Source: Fonticula alba ATCC 38817 (lineage: Eukaryota > Protista > Nucleariida). Taken from it: DNA of 64,000 bases. Position numbers and translations under genes: made by a program. The DNA lies in the NCBI GenBank assembly GCA_000388065.2, contig KB932203.1; one strand, given 5' to 3'. The notes beneath the pieces are model-generated. The model ran no database searches and had not been told where the DNA came from. It saw only the letters and a list, made by a program, of their open reading frames with translations. Shown one piece after another: positions 13,005 to 27,132 of this stretch (positions are counted from its first letter, which is position 1; every line of letters starts with the position of its first letter).

Positions 13005-14379
13005 GATGCTCGGGCGAACGTGACTAGGGGGGGTTGGATTTTGTGTGGTTATATATTTTTCTCTTTTTTTCTCTCTCCCTCTCTCCCTCTCTCTCACACA
13101 CACACACGCATGCACGCGCATGAACGAATTCAAATACACACGTGGAGGCACTGAACAGGGCACGGCAGGCAAGGAGGTAGATGAGGCCTCAGTAGAGCAT
13201 CCTGCTCGAGACCCAGACTCCCAGGATGGTCAACCCCCCCCCCCCCCCCCCCCCAGGGCACCGGGGGCCAGCAGAGTGGCCGGCGGCTGGGAGGATAGCG
13301 CGGGGGCCCCATCCACGCGACGGATGACTCCCACAGATGTCGTGGGAAAATGGCCGGAAGGTCGTACAACTGGCCGACGGCGAAACCAGAGGCAGGTGCG
13401 TCTGCACGAATACGAAAGGGCGAGAACAAGATGGAAACAGGGATGACAAAGGGCGAGCAACAACAATCAACGAGGCGTATGCGCGTGCGGGCCGGCGAAC
13501 TGGAGGAAGGCAATATCATCTGGGCCAGCCCGTGCCAAAAGGAAAACCCCGCGAGAGGCAGGATCTCTCGAGGTGTGTCGTCGACGACGCGAGACCCCGC
13601 CCGGGCTCCGGTTTGTCGGCCGGGCGACAATGATGCCAACGCCATCGCCCCTGTTCCCCGTGTGCACCCCCCCCCCCCTCCCGGCTGCCCGGGCCCCGTG
13701 GGAAATGATCACCCATGCCCCCAGTTTCCTTGGCAGTCGCGACGGCAGCGGCAGGCCGAGCCCCGCCGCTCTTCAGCTGGCAGATGCCCGCTGTGGGCTA
13801 TGCGCCCCACCAGCGGAGGGGAAGGGTCCAAACAGGCAGGTGTCCGGCGCGTGAGCCGGCAAGGCAGGAACAGGGGGGGGGGGGGGGAACCGAAAAGCGC
13901 GATCGCTTACAGGACCAGGGGGATGACCGGCGGGACTCTTGTACGCCTTCCACCGCTGCCTGGGTCTAGACGCGGATGCTTACACAAGCAGCGGTCTCGG
14001 GCACGGGGCACGGTCCCACTAGCCGACCGCGAGCCTGTGCGTCCTTACCGGGCATGCGAAGCGCGAGCCGCGCCCCGCCACAACGCCAGCAGCAGGACAT
14101 CAGCGTGGGACCCCGGAGGGCGGGGGGGGGGGGGGGAATGACGCTGGACCGGCTTTCAGGGGTAGGAAAATCACATGCAGATCATGCCCCTGGAGACCGG
14201 CTGATTCGAGATCAGGCCTGCCCGAAGGAGAATGTGTTCTCGGCAATCGGGCGTGCCGGCGTTACGCGCCGGCCTGGGGTGCCGACGATCGGCGCGCGGT
14301 TTTCAAACTCCTCCCAGGGCACACGAAGCCGGTCAACCGGGAAGGACGCGATCTCCCCCCACGCCTCAAGAGGTGGGCT

Positions 14380-14415
<36 letters not shown>

Positions 14416-14563
14416 CCTGCACCTCGCTGCCCAGGATCCGCTTGTTTGAACCCTGAAATCGGAGGCCCGCCGGGGCAGACCTGTCGGGGATGCTTCCATC
14501 TCCCTGCCTCTCCTCCTTCTCCTCTCCCCTCGCACATCCAACCGGTGGTGCTCTGCTCGAAAT

Positions 14564-17500
14564 ATGTCCCAGCCCGTCGATGGTGGCGCCCCGCCCGAGC
14601 CCCCTGTTCGAGGAGGCCCCGAGAGCCGGCCATCCTTGCAAAATGTCCGTCCCCCGCCAGTGCTGTGTGCATCGGCGTCAAAGCCCCTCCCCCTGCTTCT
14701 TCCGCTCTCTTGTCGGCATTCCCCTGTCTTTGTTTAACCCCTGCCCCCTTCCCCGATCGCCCGATCGCCCGAATGTGCGCCGGGCCACTCCCCCAGGCCT
14801 TCCGCATTCGGCCCCCGCGGTCTGCCCAACTGGCGATGGACCTGGCAGATGGGTGCTTCCGCCATGCAACTCGACCCGCTGGCCAAGGGCAGATCTGCCT
14901 TGCCACGGAACATGGCGACTCGGACCCGGCACAGTTCCACACCTGTGCCCTTCATTCAGGCTCCTCCGGTGCGGATGCCTTCATCAAGCCCGAGCCTGGC
15001 ATGGCTCCACCCCCGATGGCCGGCTTGTCGGCCGAGTCGGCCTCGGCCGAGGACCTAGCTGGCTGGGGCTTCCGGCCGATCGGTCGTGAGTCGTTGGACT
15101 GCGTGCGCCAGCGATTTGCCCACTTCCTGGCTTCGCGCGCGAGTCTGCGCGGGACCTACAAGGTGACGCTCCACTGGCTCATTTCCCCGCCCCCGCCGAG
15201 TCCACGCCTTGCAGGCTTTCTGACGCCGAGTTTCTTCCCTCTCCCCCCCCCCCCCCCTCCCCCCCTTCTCCCCGTCCCCCCGGGCCCCCATTGGCTCCAT
15301 AGTCCATCCTCTACAATGCCAACCGTGGCGTCCTGGCCCAAGTGGCCACCTTCGTGGACACGGCATACGACCATGCGGAACAGGAGCCACGGTGCTGGTC
15401 GGTCGACCCTCGGCAGCGAGCTCGATCGGCCGGTGCCCAGCTGACGCCGGCGGCGCTGGTGTTCGGCGGAGGGGCCGGCGGAGGGGCCGGCGGCGTTGAT
15501 GAGGGTCTTTTCTTTTCACAGCTGGAGCGACGCCTCCGCCAGCGCGTGGGGACCTTCTCCGGGCACTGGGTGGTGAGCATCGACTCGCGCGTGGTCACGT
15601 ACGACACCCCCTGGCGTGCTTCTCTGCCACTTGCTCGGGCACGCCTTTGGCCCCCCCAATTGCTCAGGGCTTCGCTGACTCGAACATCCCCCCCCCCCCC
15701 CCCGCATTCCGCCCGGTCCACGCATTGACCCAGCTCCAACCGGTCATTCATCGCCCAGCTGGCGCGTGGGCTTGACATCAATCCCCGAGACGGTGCTCGC
15801 GGCATCCGCCGGTGGTATGCGCAGCTGTGGGTGGACGCCCTTCGGGCCGGGGCGTCAGCCGCGCGGGACTTCGCCACGCGAAACCTTGTCGTGGTCATCC
15901 GAGATCTGGAGCGCCTGGATGGGCGCCTGATCGCCGATGCGCTGGAGCAACTGACCGAGGAGCCATCCATCCCGCAGCCGCCCCTGCCGCTGGTCTTCGT
16001 TGTTGGGGCCACCACCAGCTCCAGCCTCGGGTTCAGCACCCGGCTTGATGGCCAGCTCTTTCGCCTGTGCGACGCGGCTCGCGTGATGGACACCCTGGTG
16101 ACGCGACTCTTTTCAAGCGCCACCGGCCCAGAGGATGCCCCCTCGGCTGGGGGAAGCCCGGCCGATGGGGCTTCCGAGCAGGCCGGGCTCGGCAGCAGGT
16201 CCGATGATCCGCTGGTCATCCTCCGGGCCCTCTTTTCAGCGACCCCCCCGCCGGAAGCCGAGCTGATTGGCATGCTGCATCGTGGCGCGGCCGAGCTCGG
16301 GCCCCTTGGTGCCTTGCGTTTGTCGCGATCCGCCTACGAGTACCTGGTGTCGGTTTTCCAACAGCGCAACCGAAGTGTCCACTCGTTGGTCCATTCGATC
16401 GAGCTCGTCCTTTTGGACCACTATGCCGGCAACCCGTTGAGCATCTTCTGCCCGGCGCCCTTCAACTTGCACCGGCTGCCAGCCGGTCCAGCGGCCGACA
16501 CGGTTCCTGGCGCCCCCGGCCCCGGCAGCGACCTGGCCTGGGTGGATGACGCGCTGGCCCTGGCCACCGAGTACCACTGGGCCCTCATCGCGCGGCTGCC
16601 CTCCTTTCAGCGGTTCATTTCCTCGGCCGCCGAGGCGGGCATCCTCCCACGGGCGACTCTGTCCGCGTCGCTGCCGGCACCGTGGGACGGCCTGTCGGGG
16701 GAACCCATGCCACTGGCCCCCCCGGCGCGGGCTCTCCTTCGGGCCTGCCTCCGGTCCTTGCACCAGTTCCATGTGAACTTGCCGAATGTCGGCTTGCGTC
16801 TGTTGCGGACCATCGAGCAGGCCATCCTCGGCCGTGCGACCGGTGGCGAGGCTGGCACCACGGGCCTTCGGATGCTCTTCTTCTTGTCTCTCCGTTCGGA
16901 GCTCTCGCACTTCGGGGTTGTCCGCGGGCTGATGTCCTCCTGGGAGTACGTTCCTGGCATGCTTGCGTGTATCTTCGCCGGGATGCTCCCTCTGACTTGG
17001 GCTTTCTTCCCCTGGGCTCGGGGGTGCCATCAGCAAACTGCCCCTATCAACGGTGCTCGAGATTGTCGAGGCTGCCATCTCGCTCACTGAGTACGACCGG
17101 CTGGGCAGACTGCTCTTTTCCCTTGCCCCATGCTCGCACGCTCACCTTGTTGACTTTCCACCCACCCTCAGGGACGTCTCCGGCCTGGAGAAGCTTCGAG
17201 GTGAGCTGGAGCTCGTTCAGCAGCTCCTTCGCGACCTCACGCACGCTGTGAAGCTCGATCGGCCTGCAAGCACCACCGACGATACTGGCGGCCCAAAGGC
17301 GCCCGCCGTGGCTGATGCTCATGCCCCTGACGTGGATCTGTCCTCTCACCAGCAGCAGCAGCAGCAACCACAGCCAGTTAACCTCCTGGCGCTGACGGCT
17401 TCCGCAGCGACGGACGTATCTGGCGGGGCTGTGGCCACGTCGCATTCGCGTGCCGCCGCTGTGGCGGTCTCTTCTCTCCTGGGTCAGCTCCCGGTGCACG

Positions 17501-18104
17501 AAAGTGCCGCTGGGGCCGCTGGCACGCATGGGGACGATCTCCGAGCCCTGGTCGAGGCGGCTCGTGGTGCGGTCGACGCTATCCTCATGTGCGTGCACGG
17601 GGGTTGCCTCCCCCCTCCCGCTGTGGCGCTCTCACTCAGCTGCCAGCCCCTGACATGCATGTGTGTGCCCGACTTTTTCCATCCATCTCTCGCCACTTGG
17701 CCAGCTTCTGCCTGGCACACTACTCGGACATCCCCCTCCACGAGGCGTGGTACTTCTGCAAGCCGGATCTCCTTGAACGGGTGTGTCTTTCCCTGTCTCG
17801 GGAGGGTGTGTGGCCTTTTTTCTCCTCGCACATCCACGAATCTAACGCCCTCCTGTCTCCGCCCCGCGCCCCTCCCTCCCTCCCTCCCTCCCCCCCCCCC
17901 CTCTCTCTCTCTCTCTCTCCCTTCCCCTTCTCCTCTGTCACTCGAAAAGGCTTTGCATCCGGACCCCGGCCAAAGCATCCGCCGGGCGTTGGCCTCGCCG
18001 GAGGCCTACCTTGGTCCGCTGCCATCGGCCTCCGGGCCAACACCGCACATCGACAAGCCCGGCCCCGGGTCCAAGCCCAGCAAGAAGTCCAGCAAGAGGT
18101 CATC

Positions 18105-18140
<36 letters not shown>

Positions 18141-18447
18141 CCTGCGGCCAGATGCCTCGGTAATCTTCCCGCTATACGCGCGAGGCGGCCGGCTCCTCAA
18201 TCTCTACGACCTGTTTGTGGCCTTCGTGGCGGATGCCGCGCCGACGCCCGGGTCGGCAGGCGTTCCGGTCGGCGGGGATCCCGCGAGCCCCACTCCCTCG
18301 GAAGAGGAGGTCCTCGAGTCGGCCATGCGAGATCCGGATTTGCGCGCGCGCTTCCTGCGGACAATCAGCGAATTCTCGCTGATCGGCCTGCTCCAGGAGT
18401 CGAACCGCCGTCAGGATCACGTGCAGCGTGCAGATGTTGGTCTGTGA
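14564..18447 (+). CDS. ORC3: Origin recognition complex subunit 3, multi-exon, start uncertain (14564/14643 or later)
   Basis: LVVVIRDLERLDGRLIADAL, LVFVVGATTS, HYAGNPLSIF, ALHPDPGQSIRRALASPEAYL, PDASVIFPLYARGGRLLNLYDLFVAF and ARFLRTISEFSLIGLLQESNRRQDHVQR (winged helix). Confidence 0.88.
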
Positions 18448-19517
18448 GACTCAATATAGAATGGTGTTTGGCCCTTGAAACCCTAGATCCAGAACTGGCT
18501 GGGGTCGGGTCGCCGGTGCCTGGTGCCAGAACGCCCTTGAGGGGGGGGGGAGGGGGGGGGGGCGGGCTGGTGCGCGGGCAGATGGACCTCTGGCCGGCTG
18601 GGCACAGCACGCTTCTGGAGCCGGAAACGGGAGGGGGTTAGGGGGGGGAGGGGCGGACGGACGACATGGGGGACAGCATCCACACATACACGCGCGCGCG
18701 CAAGTACGCGACCCCAGGGCAGGGATCCCGAGCGGCTTTGAACAGGCTAGAGCGACGAGCGCGATATCCTCCTGACGGGGACCGACGGGCGCCTTGCGGC
18801 TGGCTGGCGAAACGTGTGGGNNNNNNNNNNNNNNNNNNNNNNNNNNNNNNNNNNNNNNNNNNNNNNNNNNNNNNNNNNNNNNNNNNNNNNNNNNNNNNNN
18901 NNNNNNNNNNNNNNNNNNNNNNNNNNNNNNNNNNNNNNNGAAGAAGTATGGTTACACACACCCTTCCAGAAGGGGGGCTGCGGCCGGCCACCCCGCGCAC
19001 GCGCGCGCGCTGTCCCTGGCCCCGGGCGGGGCCACATCCGGACGTGCATCCACATTTTCCTCCACCAATGCCCAGGGCAGCAGGAGGGGGGCGGGAGAGG
19101 CGTGGAGATGGTCAGACAGGAGGCCTTCCCCCTGCCCCCCCCCCCCCCCCCCCCCCCCAAGTCCCGGGCTGATGAGGGGTGATGAGTAAGACGGGCTCAC
19201 GCTCACCGTTCTCCCGGCGATGAGCGTGTTTGCGCCTCCCAGCCGCGCGGTGCACTTGGACCCGGGACAACTCTTCGGCCGGCGCCAGATGGGCACACGT
19301 CAGTGGGGGCCTCACAATAGTCAACTATCCTGCCACTCACCCTGGTGAGTCCCTCTTCTCTCTTTCTGCCCTCTCCCTCCCCTCCCTCCGCCATTCCTTG
19401 CCTCCCCTGCCTGTGCTTCCTCTCTCTCTCTCTACTGCCGCACGGCTAACCACCTCATCTGCCGGTCGCGCACTGTTCCCTCCTCCCTGCAGCTTGCCAT
19501 AGTTTTCTATCATCACC

Positions 19518-20282
19518 ATGGAGTTCCAGATCGCTCGCGCCATTCTCAAGAGTCCCTTCTGGTCCGGCCCGCTCCTTCGCCTTTCCATGCGCTATGTGAG
19601 CGCCATGGGCCACTACCAGTATGGTGCGTTCGTACTTCCTGCTCGTCCGGCTGATGACCCGGCTCCTGCACGAGTCCTTTGCATGTGTCCATGGCCAAAC
19701 ACTCACACATATACACTTGCACGTGCATGCAGGTCTCAAGACCGACGACCTTCTCATCGCCGAGACCCCTCAGATGACCGAGGCCCTCCGCCGTCTCGAT
19801 GACACGACCATCTACGAGCGCAACTACCGCTTCAAGGTACCTTTGCCTTCAGCCACCCGGCCCTTGCCAAATACGCCGCGCCCCCGTTGACCGACATCTT
19901 TTGCCTTTCCTAAATCTCCCCCCCCCCTCCCTCCCCCCCTCGCCGGCTCTCCATCACACAGAACGCCCTCCAGCTCTCCCTCGAGCACAAGGTCCTTCCT
20001 GAGTACATGTGGACCAACACCTTTGAGGTTCGTACAGCGCCACCTCTTTTCGTGCCTTCCCCTCTGTGTGAAAGGGGCACTTTTCTGACAGTCGTCTCCT
20101 CTTGTGTGTCCTGCCCTTTGCGCCCCGCGCGCCTTCCCTCTCGGAACATATGATGACCATGCGCTGTTCATCTTCGCACATTCCAGGATGAATCCTACCT
20201 TCTCAACAAGTGGGAGGCCGTCAACAACGAGGAGGCCGAGACCCAGGCCTACGACTACCCCAAGAGCAACCCCTTCTGGTAA
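19518..20282 (+). CDS. QCR7: Cytochrome bc1 complex subunit 7 (UQCRB/Qcr7), 4 exons
   Basis: Spliced product MEFQIARAILKSPFWSGPLLRLSMRYVSAMGHYQY|GLKTDDLLIAETPQMTEALRRLDDTTIYERNYRFK|NALQLSLEHKVLPEYMWT...|DESYLL...NPFW*. Confidence 0.9.
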
Positions 20283-21238
20283 AATGCCAGCCACCGCGCG
20301 CGCGCGCGCGCCCCTCTCCCATCCATACGCCAGCTGGGCCCCATGCTCACTCCCCGCCCTGGCGGCGCCACGCGCCTCTATAATCACATATACACCGATG
20401 AGTTGCGCGAGAACATGGAAGAGGCAGGGAGAAGCCGTCCCTTCCCTCCTCCATATGCCCCTCGGCCACTCACCTTCCCCTCGCTGTTGTATGTCGTCAA
20501 TCACATCTCGCATGGCTACTGCTCTCGCCGCTGTTCCCCCCTCGCGCACCGAGATCCTGACCCCGTCTATTGCCACCTGCTCTCTCCTGCCTTCCACTTT
20601 CCTGTGCGCATTCAGAAAATACACTTGACTACATTCGCTCCTCTTCTCCTTCGGGGAAAGTCTCGCTTTCACCACAATGAGCGGCGAAAGTCCGTGTGCC
20701 CCGCGCGTGTCCAACCGGCGCTCCTCCTGCTTGACAGGCAAGAGTGTGAACGGTGCCAAAGAGGAGGCCTCCTGTGAAAAAGCACACAAACGGCGAGGCA
20801 CAGAACAGGGTCAAGGGGGGGGGGGAGAGGGAGGCCGTCTGTTGTGATCCAATTTGACTTTATTGTTCGCTGTATGCATGCATTTCCACGCGCAGGGCGG
20901 GGACATGGTGCCGGAGCCACTGCACAGTGGACCACGCGAGAGAGAGGGGGGAAGGAGGGTGGAAACTCTCGGCAGCGGTACTTCGATGCGCGCAAGCATG
21001 CGTGCTGTTGCGTCGCCGTCTCCTTCTCTCTCCCTCTCTCTCCCCCCGAACAGGCAAGCGGGCATATATGTGTGTGTTTGTGCGATTCCCTTCTCCGCCT
21101 GCAGGGCAGGGGGAATGGCGAAACATCCCCACATGAGAGAGAGATAGAGAGAGAAAGAGAGAGCAATAAGCATCGGGCAGCACGGCAAGTGTGGAGGCCG
21201 GGGTAACCCGGCGGCGAGCAAAGAAGAGGAACAGGTGT

Positions 21239-23061
21239 TTACTTCTCCTCCTCGCCCTCAATGGGCTCGAGGACAACCAGAGGACGGCGCTCGCCAACCA
21301 GGTCGCCAACGGCATGCACGACACGGGCAACGCGAGCGTCGGACGGGCTACGAACGACGTGCTACAAAGGGACAACAATACCGCCAGAGCAAGGGAGTCG
21401 ACGCGTGAGAGCGTGAGTAACAAGGAGCGGCCGGAAGGAGGAAGTTGCAGCCGAAAAAGGAGTAGAAGAGGAAGAAGGGAAAAATGCCGGGATGCTCGGG
21501 CGGGGGGGGCATCAGGCGCAGATGCTTCACATACCTCCATCTTCATGGCCTCCACCACCATGAGGGTCTGGCCGCGGGAGACAATGTCCCCGGCAGCCAC
21601 CGAGACATTGGTCACCTTGCAGGGCATCGGAGCCAGGACCGAGCCGAAGCCACCGGCACCGGAGGCACCATCGGCACCCTCCTCAAGCTTGGACACGAAC
21701 TTCGGCACATCCAGACGGAGAACATGGCGGGCGCTGTCGCGCGCGCGCAGGATGTGCAGCTCGCGCTCCGGCTGGATGGACTGCGACTCGTCGCCCAGCT
21801 GGCGGGCCACCACGCGCGCGGTGCCCAGGTGCTGGGCCCACTCGCTCTGGAGCAGGTCGGTGACCAGCTCGCCGGCGGTCCCCCCGGGGGCAACACTGCC
21901 GCCAACCTCATTCCCATGGGCCGGAATGCGAGACCCACGGACATTCTCCAGGATGATGGGGTCGGCCGCGGTGCCGGCTGCGGTGCCAGCCGAGGCCAGC
22001 CGCTCGCCAACCACCTCCATGCGGTAGCTACCATCGGCCTGGTAGGTGACAGTGACGGCGATCTTGGACGCGGGGTCGGTGGACGCGGCGCCGGCCGCGG
22101 TCGGGACATTGAAGTTGAACACGCGGCTGGTCAGGAGGTTGGTCTGGAAGGCGCCGCTGGACCAAGTGGGCGAAGCAGGGACTGCCAGTGGCAGGGGGTA
22201 GAGCCCCAGGAAGAGGGAAAAGGCGCAAAGGGGAGAGGGAGAGAGAGAGAGGGGGGGGAGGGGGGAGGGGAGATGTCAGTCATCGAGTGGGCAAGTACCG
22301 GGCCCGGGGGAAGTGTGCGAGGGGGGGACGCACACTGAGAGCTAGACGCGGAGGCAGCGGTCTGCTTGTTCTCCTCCAGCAGGAGATGGAGCGTGGCCTG
22401 CACAACGGACTCGAGGGAGATGGGCCCAGGCGAGTCGCTGGTGGTACCCTCAGGGAAGAGGCTATCGCGGTGGAGGTCGATGAAGCCGGTCTCCAACTCG
22501 GCCCCAGCAAAGGCAGGGTGCGACGCCAGGCGGCGGAGGAAAGAGAGGTTGGTACGGGGGCCAACAACCTGAGCTCGGCGCATGGCGATGCGAGTGCAGA
22601 GGAGAGGCACATGGGCTGGGGCGTTAGAGAGCGCTTGGGGCTGGTGCGGTAGGGGAGGGGGGGGGGGGGAGGGGGAGTGGACAAATGCAGGGTAGATGCC
22701 CGCGAGATGGCGAGCAAACGCACATGGTAGCGATCCAGCGCGTCGTTCAGACGGCGCAGAGCGGCCTCACGATCGGTATCCCAAACGACCAGCTTGGCAA
22801 TCATGGGATCGTAGAAAACGGACACCTCGTCGCCGGCACGCACACCGGACTCCACACGGGTCAGTGGCGCCATGTCGAAGCCGTCGGTCAGCTCCAGGCC
22901 GGCCTTCGGCTGGCCATCAGTCTCAATGGCCGGGAAGCGGTTGAGCGAGCCGAGACCCAGGGAGGCATCGCAGTTGGGCACCGGGGTTGACAGGTGAACC
23001 AGGCGGCCGGTGTCGGGCATGAAGTTGCTGAATGGGTGCGAGAAACATGAGTGAGAAGGGC

Positions 23062-23092
<31 letters not shown>

Positions 23093-24874
23093 GACGGGGG
23101 AAAAGGGGAAGCGGCTCAGAGGCGGGACAGATGGGCGTACTTCTCGGGGTTCTCGGCATAGATGCGCGCCTCGAAGGAGTGGCCGCGGCAGGGGATCTCG
23201 CTCTGGGACCGGGACAGAGGCCGGCCGGAGGCGATCTCCAGCTGCCAGGCGACCAGGTCGGCGCCAGTGACCAGCTCAGTCACCGGGTGCTCCACCTGCA
23301 GACGAGTGTTCATCTCCATGAAGTAGAAGTTCTCCGGGCGGTCGGCGTCCATGATGAACTCCACGGTACCGGCGCCGACGTAGCCGACCGCGCGGGCAGC
23401 GGCCACCGCCTGGCGACCAAGCTCGGCACGGACCTCAGCCGACAGGTTGGGAGCAGGGGCCTCCTCGATGACCTTCTGGTGGCGGCGCTGCACCGAGCAG
23501 TCGCGCTCGTGCAGGTGCACCACATTGCCGAGGGTGTCGCCGAAGACCTGGACCTCGACGTGGCTGGATCCAGGCCATTTAGGTGGATGCAGGGGCATAG
23601 CCGGTGGGGGGGGGGGGAGGGGGGAGAGAGAGAGAGAGAGAGAGAGACATGTGTATGTATGAGGGAGGTGAGCACAGGGGCACAGCGGGCAGGCAGGCGA
23701 AAGGCAAAGCAAGGAACATGAAACCGGCGACGGGAAGGGGGGGGGGCGGGGAACGCACCGTGGCCGCTGCAGATACTTCTCCACCAGGACGCGATCATCG
23801 GCGAAGGAGTTGCGGGACTCACGACGAGCCGACTCCAGGGCCTCGGGGAAGTCCTCAGCACGCTCGACAATGCGCATGCCCTTGCCACCGCCACCCATGA
23901 CAGCCTTAATGAGGACCGGGAAGCCGATGGCCTCGGCCTCGGCCGCCAGGTGGGCATCGTCCTGGTTGTCGCCATGGTAGCCCGGGACCACGGGGACCCC
24001 GGCCTCGGACATGATGCGCTTGGAGGCCGACTTGGACCCCATGTCGCGGATGGCCTGCGGCGGCGGGCCAATGAAGGTGATGCCGCGGCTGCTGCAGAGC
24101 TCCGCGAAGGCGGCGTTCTCCGAAAGGAAGCCATAGCCAGGGTGGATGGCCTGGGCGCCGGTCTTGGCGGCCACCTCGAGAATGCGATCCGACCGGAGGT
24201 ACGAGTCGGCCGAGGGGGAAGGGCCGATGTGGTAGGCCTCGTCGGCCTGTGGCGAACGAGAATCCAGACGCGAGTAGCGAGTGGTGAATAGCGAGGGGAG
24301 CGAGACAGACCGAGAGAAAGAGAGAAAGGTGAGAGGGGCAGAGGGGAAAGTGGCGGAAAAGACCAGCAACGGGCGACAGGAGATGAGGCAGGAGGATGGC
24401 TGTGTGCGTGTGTGTGGGCGGGTGTGCAAGCACGTACGAGACGGGTGTGGAGGGAGTTCCGGTCGGCATCACTGTAGACGGCAACGGTGCGGATGCCCAG
24501 ACGCCGGGCAGAGCGGATCACACGGCAGGCGATCTCACCACGGTTGGCGATGAGGATGGTGTTGAAGAGGGGCTTGGCACGAGCCTTGGCCAGGTCATCT
24601 GCTCGTCCGAGGGAAGGCCGGCCATGGAGAGGGGGAGGGAGAGGCAGGCACACGGAAAGGGGACGCAGCGGGGGCATCGCATCCAGGGGTGGATGGACAG
24701 GAGCATCGGGGTCAGAGCACGGTGGACACACGGAGTATGAGGTCAGCAGAAGGACCTACCCTCGGACACGGAGGCAAAGTAGCGGGCGGCGCCGAGGGAC
24801 GAGTGGCGCAGGGCCGACGAGAAGGGCGAAATGCCCTTGAAGGTAGGGCGGACGCCAGACACGAGCCGGAACAT
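21239..24874 (-). CDS. MCCC1: 3-methylcrotonyl-CoA carboxylase alpha (biotin-containing) subunit, mitochondrial, multi-exon
   Basis: Arg/Ser-rich presequence [13 protein letters not shown]; [85 protein letters not shown]; biotinyl motif VEAMKME. Assignment to MCCC1 rather than PCCA is by motif recall. Confidence 0.88.
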
Positions 24875-26211
24875 GGCGGGGGTGAGTGGGGCGGGGGAGG
24901 GGGGGACTTCGGCGGCGCCGGCGAGCACCGACCCGGTGGNNNNNNNNNNNNNNNNNNNNNNNNNNNNNNNNGGGGGGGGGGAGGGTGCTGTCTGCCGGGG
25001 GCATCCGGGCGCTCCAGGCCTTGGGAAGACTCCGAAAAAGATCCCCCGCCCGGCGGGCTGGGCCTCTGCGGCGTCTGTCTCGCGGCCCTGGGGCCCGTAC
25101 CACATGCGCTTCGTACTGCCAGCCGGCCACAGTTCCCTGGGAGGGGGCGGGGGGCGGGCGAGGCAGAGTGGTCATCCTTCGCGCGTTCGTTGGAGCGTGA
25201 CACACTAGGGCGCTCTGGGGAAGGTTCAACCGGGCGCTCCTCCCGCCCTGGCTACCAGGGCCGAAAGGACCGAACAGCCGGCGTGGCCCGGGTGCATGCG
25301 CGCGGCCAACCCGCACAACAGACACAACAGCCAGCCGAATAAAACCAGTCGGATCTACGCCGAGAGGGCATAACAGGGCACCAGCCCGGCCCAACGTTGG
25401 CACCGGGCGCTCCTGATCTTCCTCGGCCACCCTCCAGCCCGGACTCGGTGTCTCGTCACGATGCCCGGATGATGCCCTATCCTCGGGCCCGGGGCGGGCC
25501 GTGTTTGCTTGTTGGCCGCCGCCGCCGCCGCCGCCGCCCCTCCTGGCCCTGCCTAAGCCACGGCGGGCAGGGGTCCCGAGGCACTGACCACACGACCCGA
25601 CTGGCTGACAAGTTTCCACTCGGGAGGGGGGCGGCCGGCCGGGGGCCCTTCCGGCCGAGCAAGCCACAAGAGAGGTAAATAAGAGCCCTTTTTCGAAAGA
25701 TTTATACCTAGACGCAGATCGGCTGACGGGCACATGCCCCGGGAATTGTATTGCAATGGTCACATGCCCACGGGTAATGATGTTCACCCACGCACCCGCC
25801 CCGAAGGGTGGCAGTCAGCTGGAAGGCGTCCACCGCGCGCGATTGCCGTCGCCACACGCTCGGGTGCGGGGCGCATGGGTGCCTCGAGGTGCCTGTGGGG
25901 GTGCGGGTGGTGCCGTCGATGCGCGTCGGCCATCGTCTGACGCCTGGCACGGGAAGAGGCTTCAAGAAGATGCATCGTCCTGGTCTGGCCCCCCCCGCCG
26001 CCGAGCATCCCCCGTTTCCCCTCTCTGTATGCTCCCCCTCCTTGCAATCCCCCCCCCCTCCTTTTTCGTGTCTGCTTTCGCCTCCCTCCCCCTCTTTTTG
26101 ACTCGTCATTCCCTTCTGACACCCCTCTCTTTGGCCATCCTCCGATTGAACTCCAGATTCGCGTAGTTTGGGTTTGTTTTCTTTCTATCCACGCCCCTTT
26201 TCTCTATCATC

Positions 26212-26807
26212 ATGGACGGTATCAAGCAGGAGGAGGCCCTTGAGCTCCAGCGCGTATGTTCCTCCCTGCTCCCCCCTTCTGCACCAGCTTGTGAAGGCTT
26301 CTCAATTGCTGGCTTTTTTTTTCTGGCCGCCCCCTCCTCGCGTGTCTCACTCACACATACACGCTCAAATCCGGTCTTCCTGCGGATCGTAGCTTCTTCA
26401 GGAGCGCCAGTCTCTCTCCATCTTTGAGGAGGCCACTCTCCACTACACCTCGCTCTGCTTCGACAAGTGCATCGGTTCGTGGCGTCCGCGTCATTTCCCC
26501 GCACGCCCCTCCTCGTTGCTTCTTGCCGATCACTCACCCTGCCCCTCGCCACCTGTCCATCTCTTCCCCCCCCCCCCCCCCCCNNNNNNNNNNCCCCCCC
26601 CCCCCCCACCCCCACCCCTTTGCCTTCTTCCTCCTCTCACACCGCCCTTCAGGTCGCATTGGCACCAAGCTTGACAGCTCTGAGCAGACCTGCCTGTCCA
26701 ACTGCGTCGAGCGCTTCTTCGACGTGTCCGAGTCGGTCCTGTACCACATCGCCGGCTCGGCCGACGGTCCGAACCAGGGCCAGGAGAAGGGCGGCTCCTT
26801 CTTCTAA
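26212..26807 (+). CDS. TIM8: Mitochondrial intermembrane small Tim chaperone Tim8 (twin CX3C), 3 exons
   Basis: Spliced [14 protein letters not shown]|[27 protein letters not shown]|[26 protein letters not shown]...; CFDKC and CLSNC motifs plus KLD...CVERF.D. Confidence 0.88.
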
Positions 26808-27100
26808 AAGTGTGTCTCTCCGAGCCCGGCCGTGGCCGGCCCCTTTCCCGATTGACTTCGAGCCCTTGCCGCGTGTTGCGGCGGACGGCTTCCCCCTCCC
26901 CCTCCCCCGGCGCCGCATGCCGTGTTTGCCCCCCTAGCCGTGCCTCCGTTACCATCCTTTCTTCCTCCCCGCACATACCCACTGACGGGCTCCTGCCGAC
27001 ACACGTACGCGCGCATGCGCGCATGTGCACACGCACAACACACCTCTCACACACAATATACACATATGTGGCTCCCTTCCCCGGAACTTGGCGTTCATCT

Positions 27101-27132
<32 letters not shown>

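Noticed and set aside
13130-14450. ORFs of 170-260 aa between the ABC transporter and ORC3, and a ctgat-tcgag-atcag hairpin at ~14198
   Set aside because: There is no protein-like composition or splice pattern and no tRNA cloverleaf; this is most likely divergent promoter or UTR DNA.
19518-26807. Three adjacent mitochondrial genes (QCR7, MCCC1, TIM8)
   Set aside because: They belong to different pathways, and mitochondrial genes are common, so there is no evidence of an operon-like unit.
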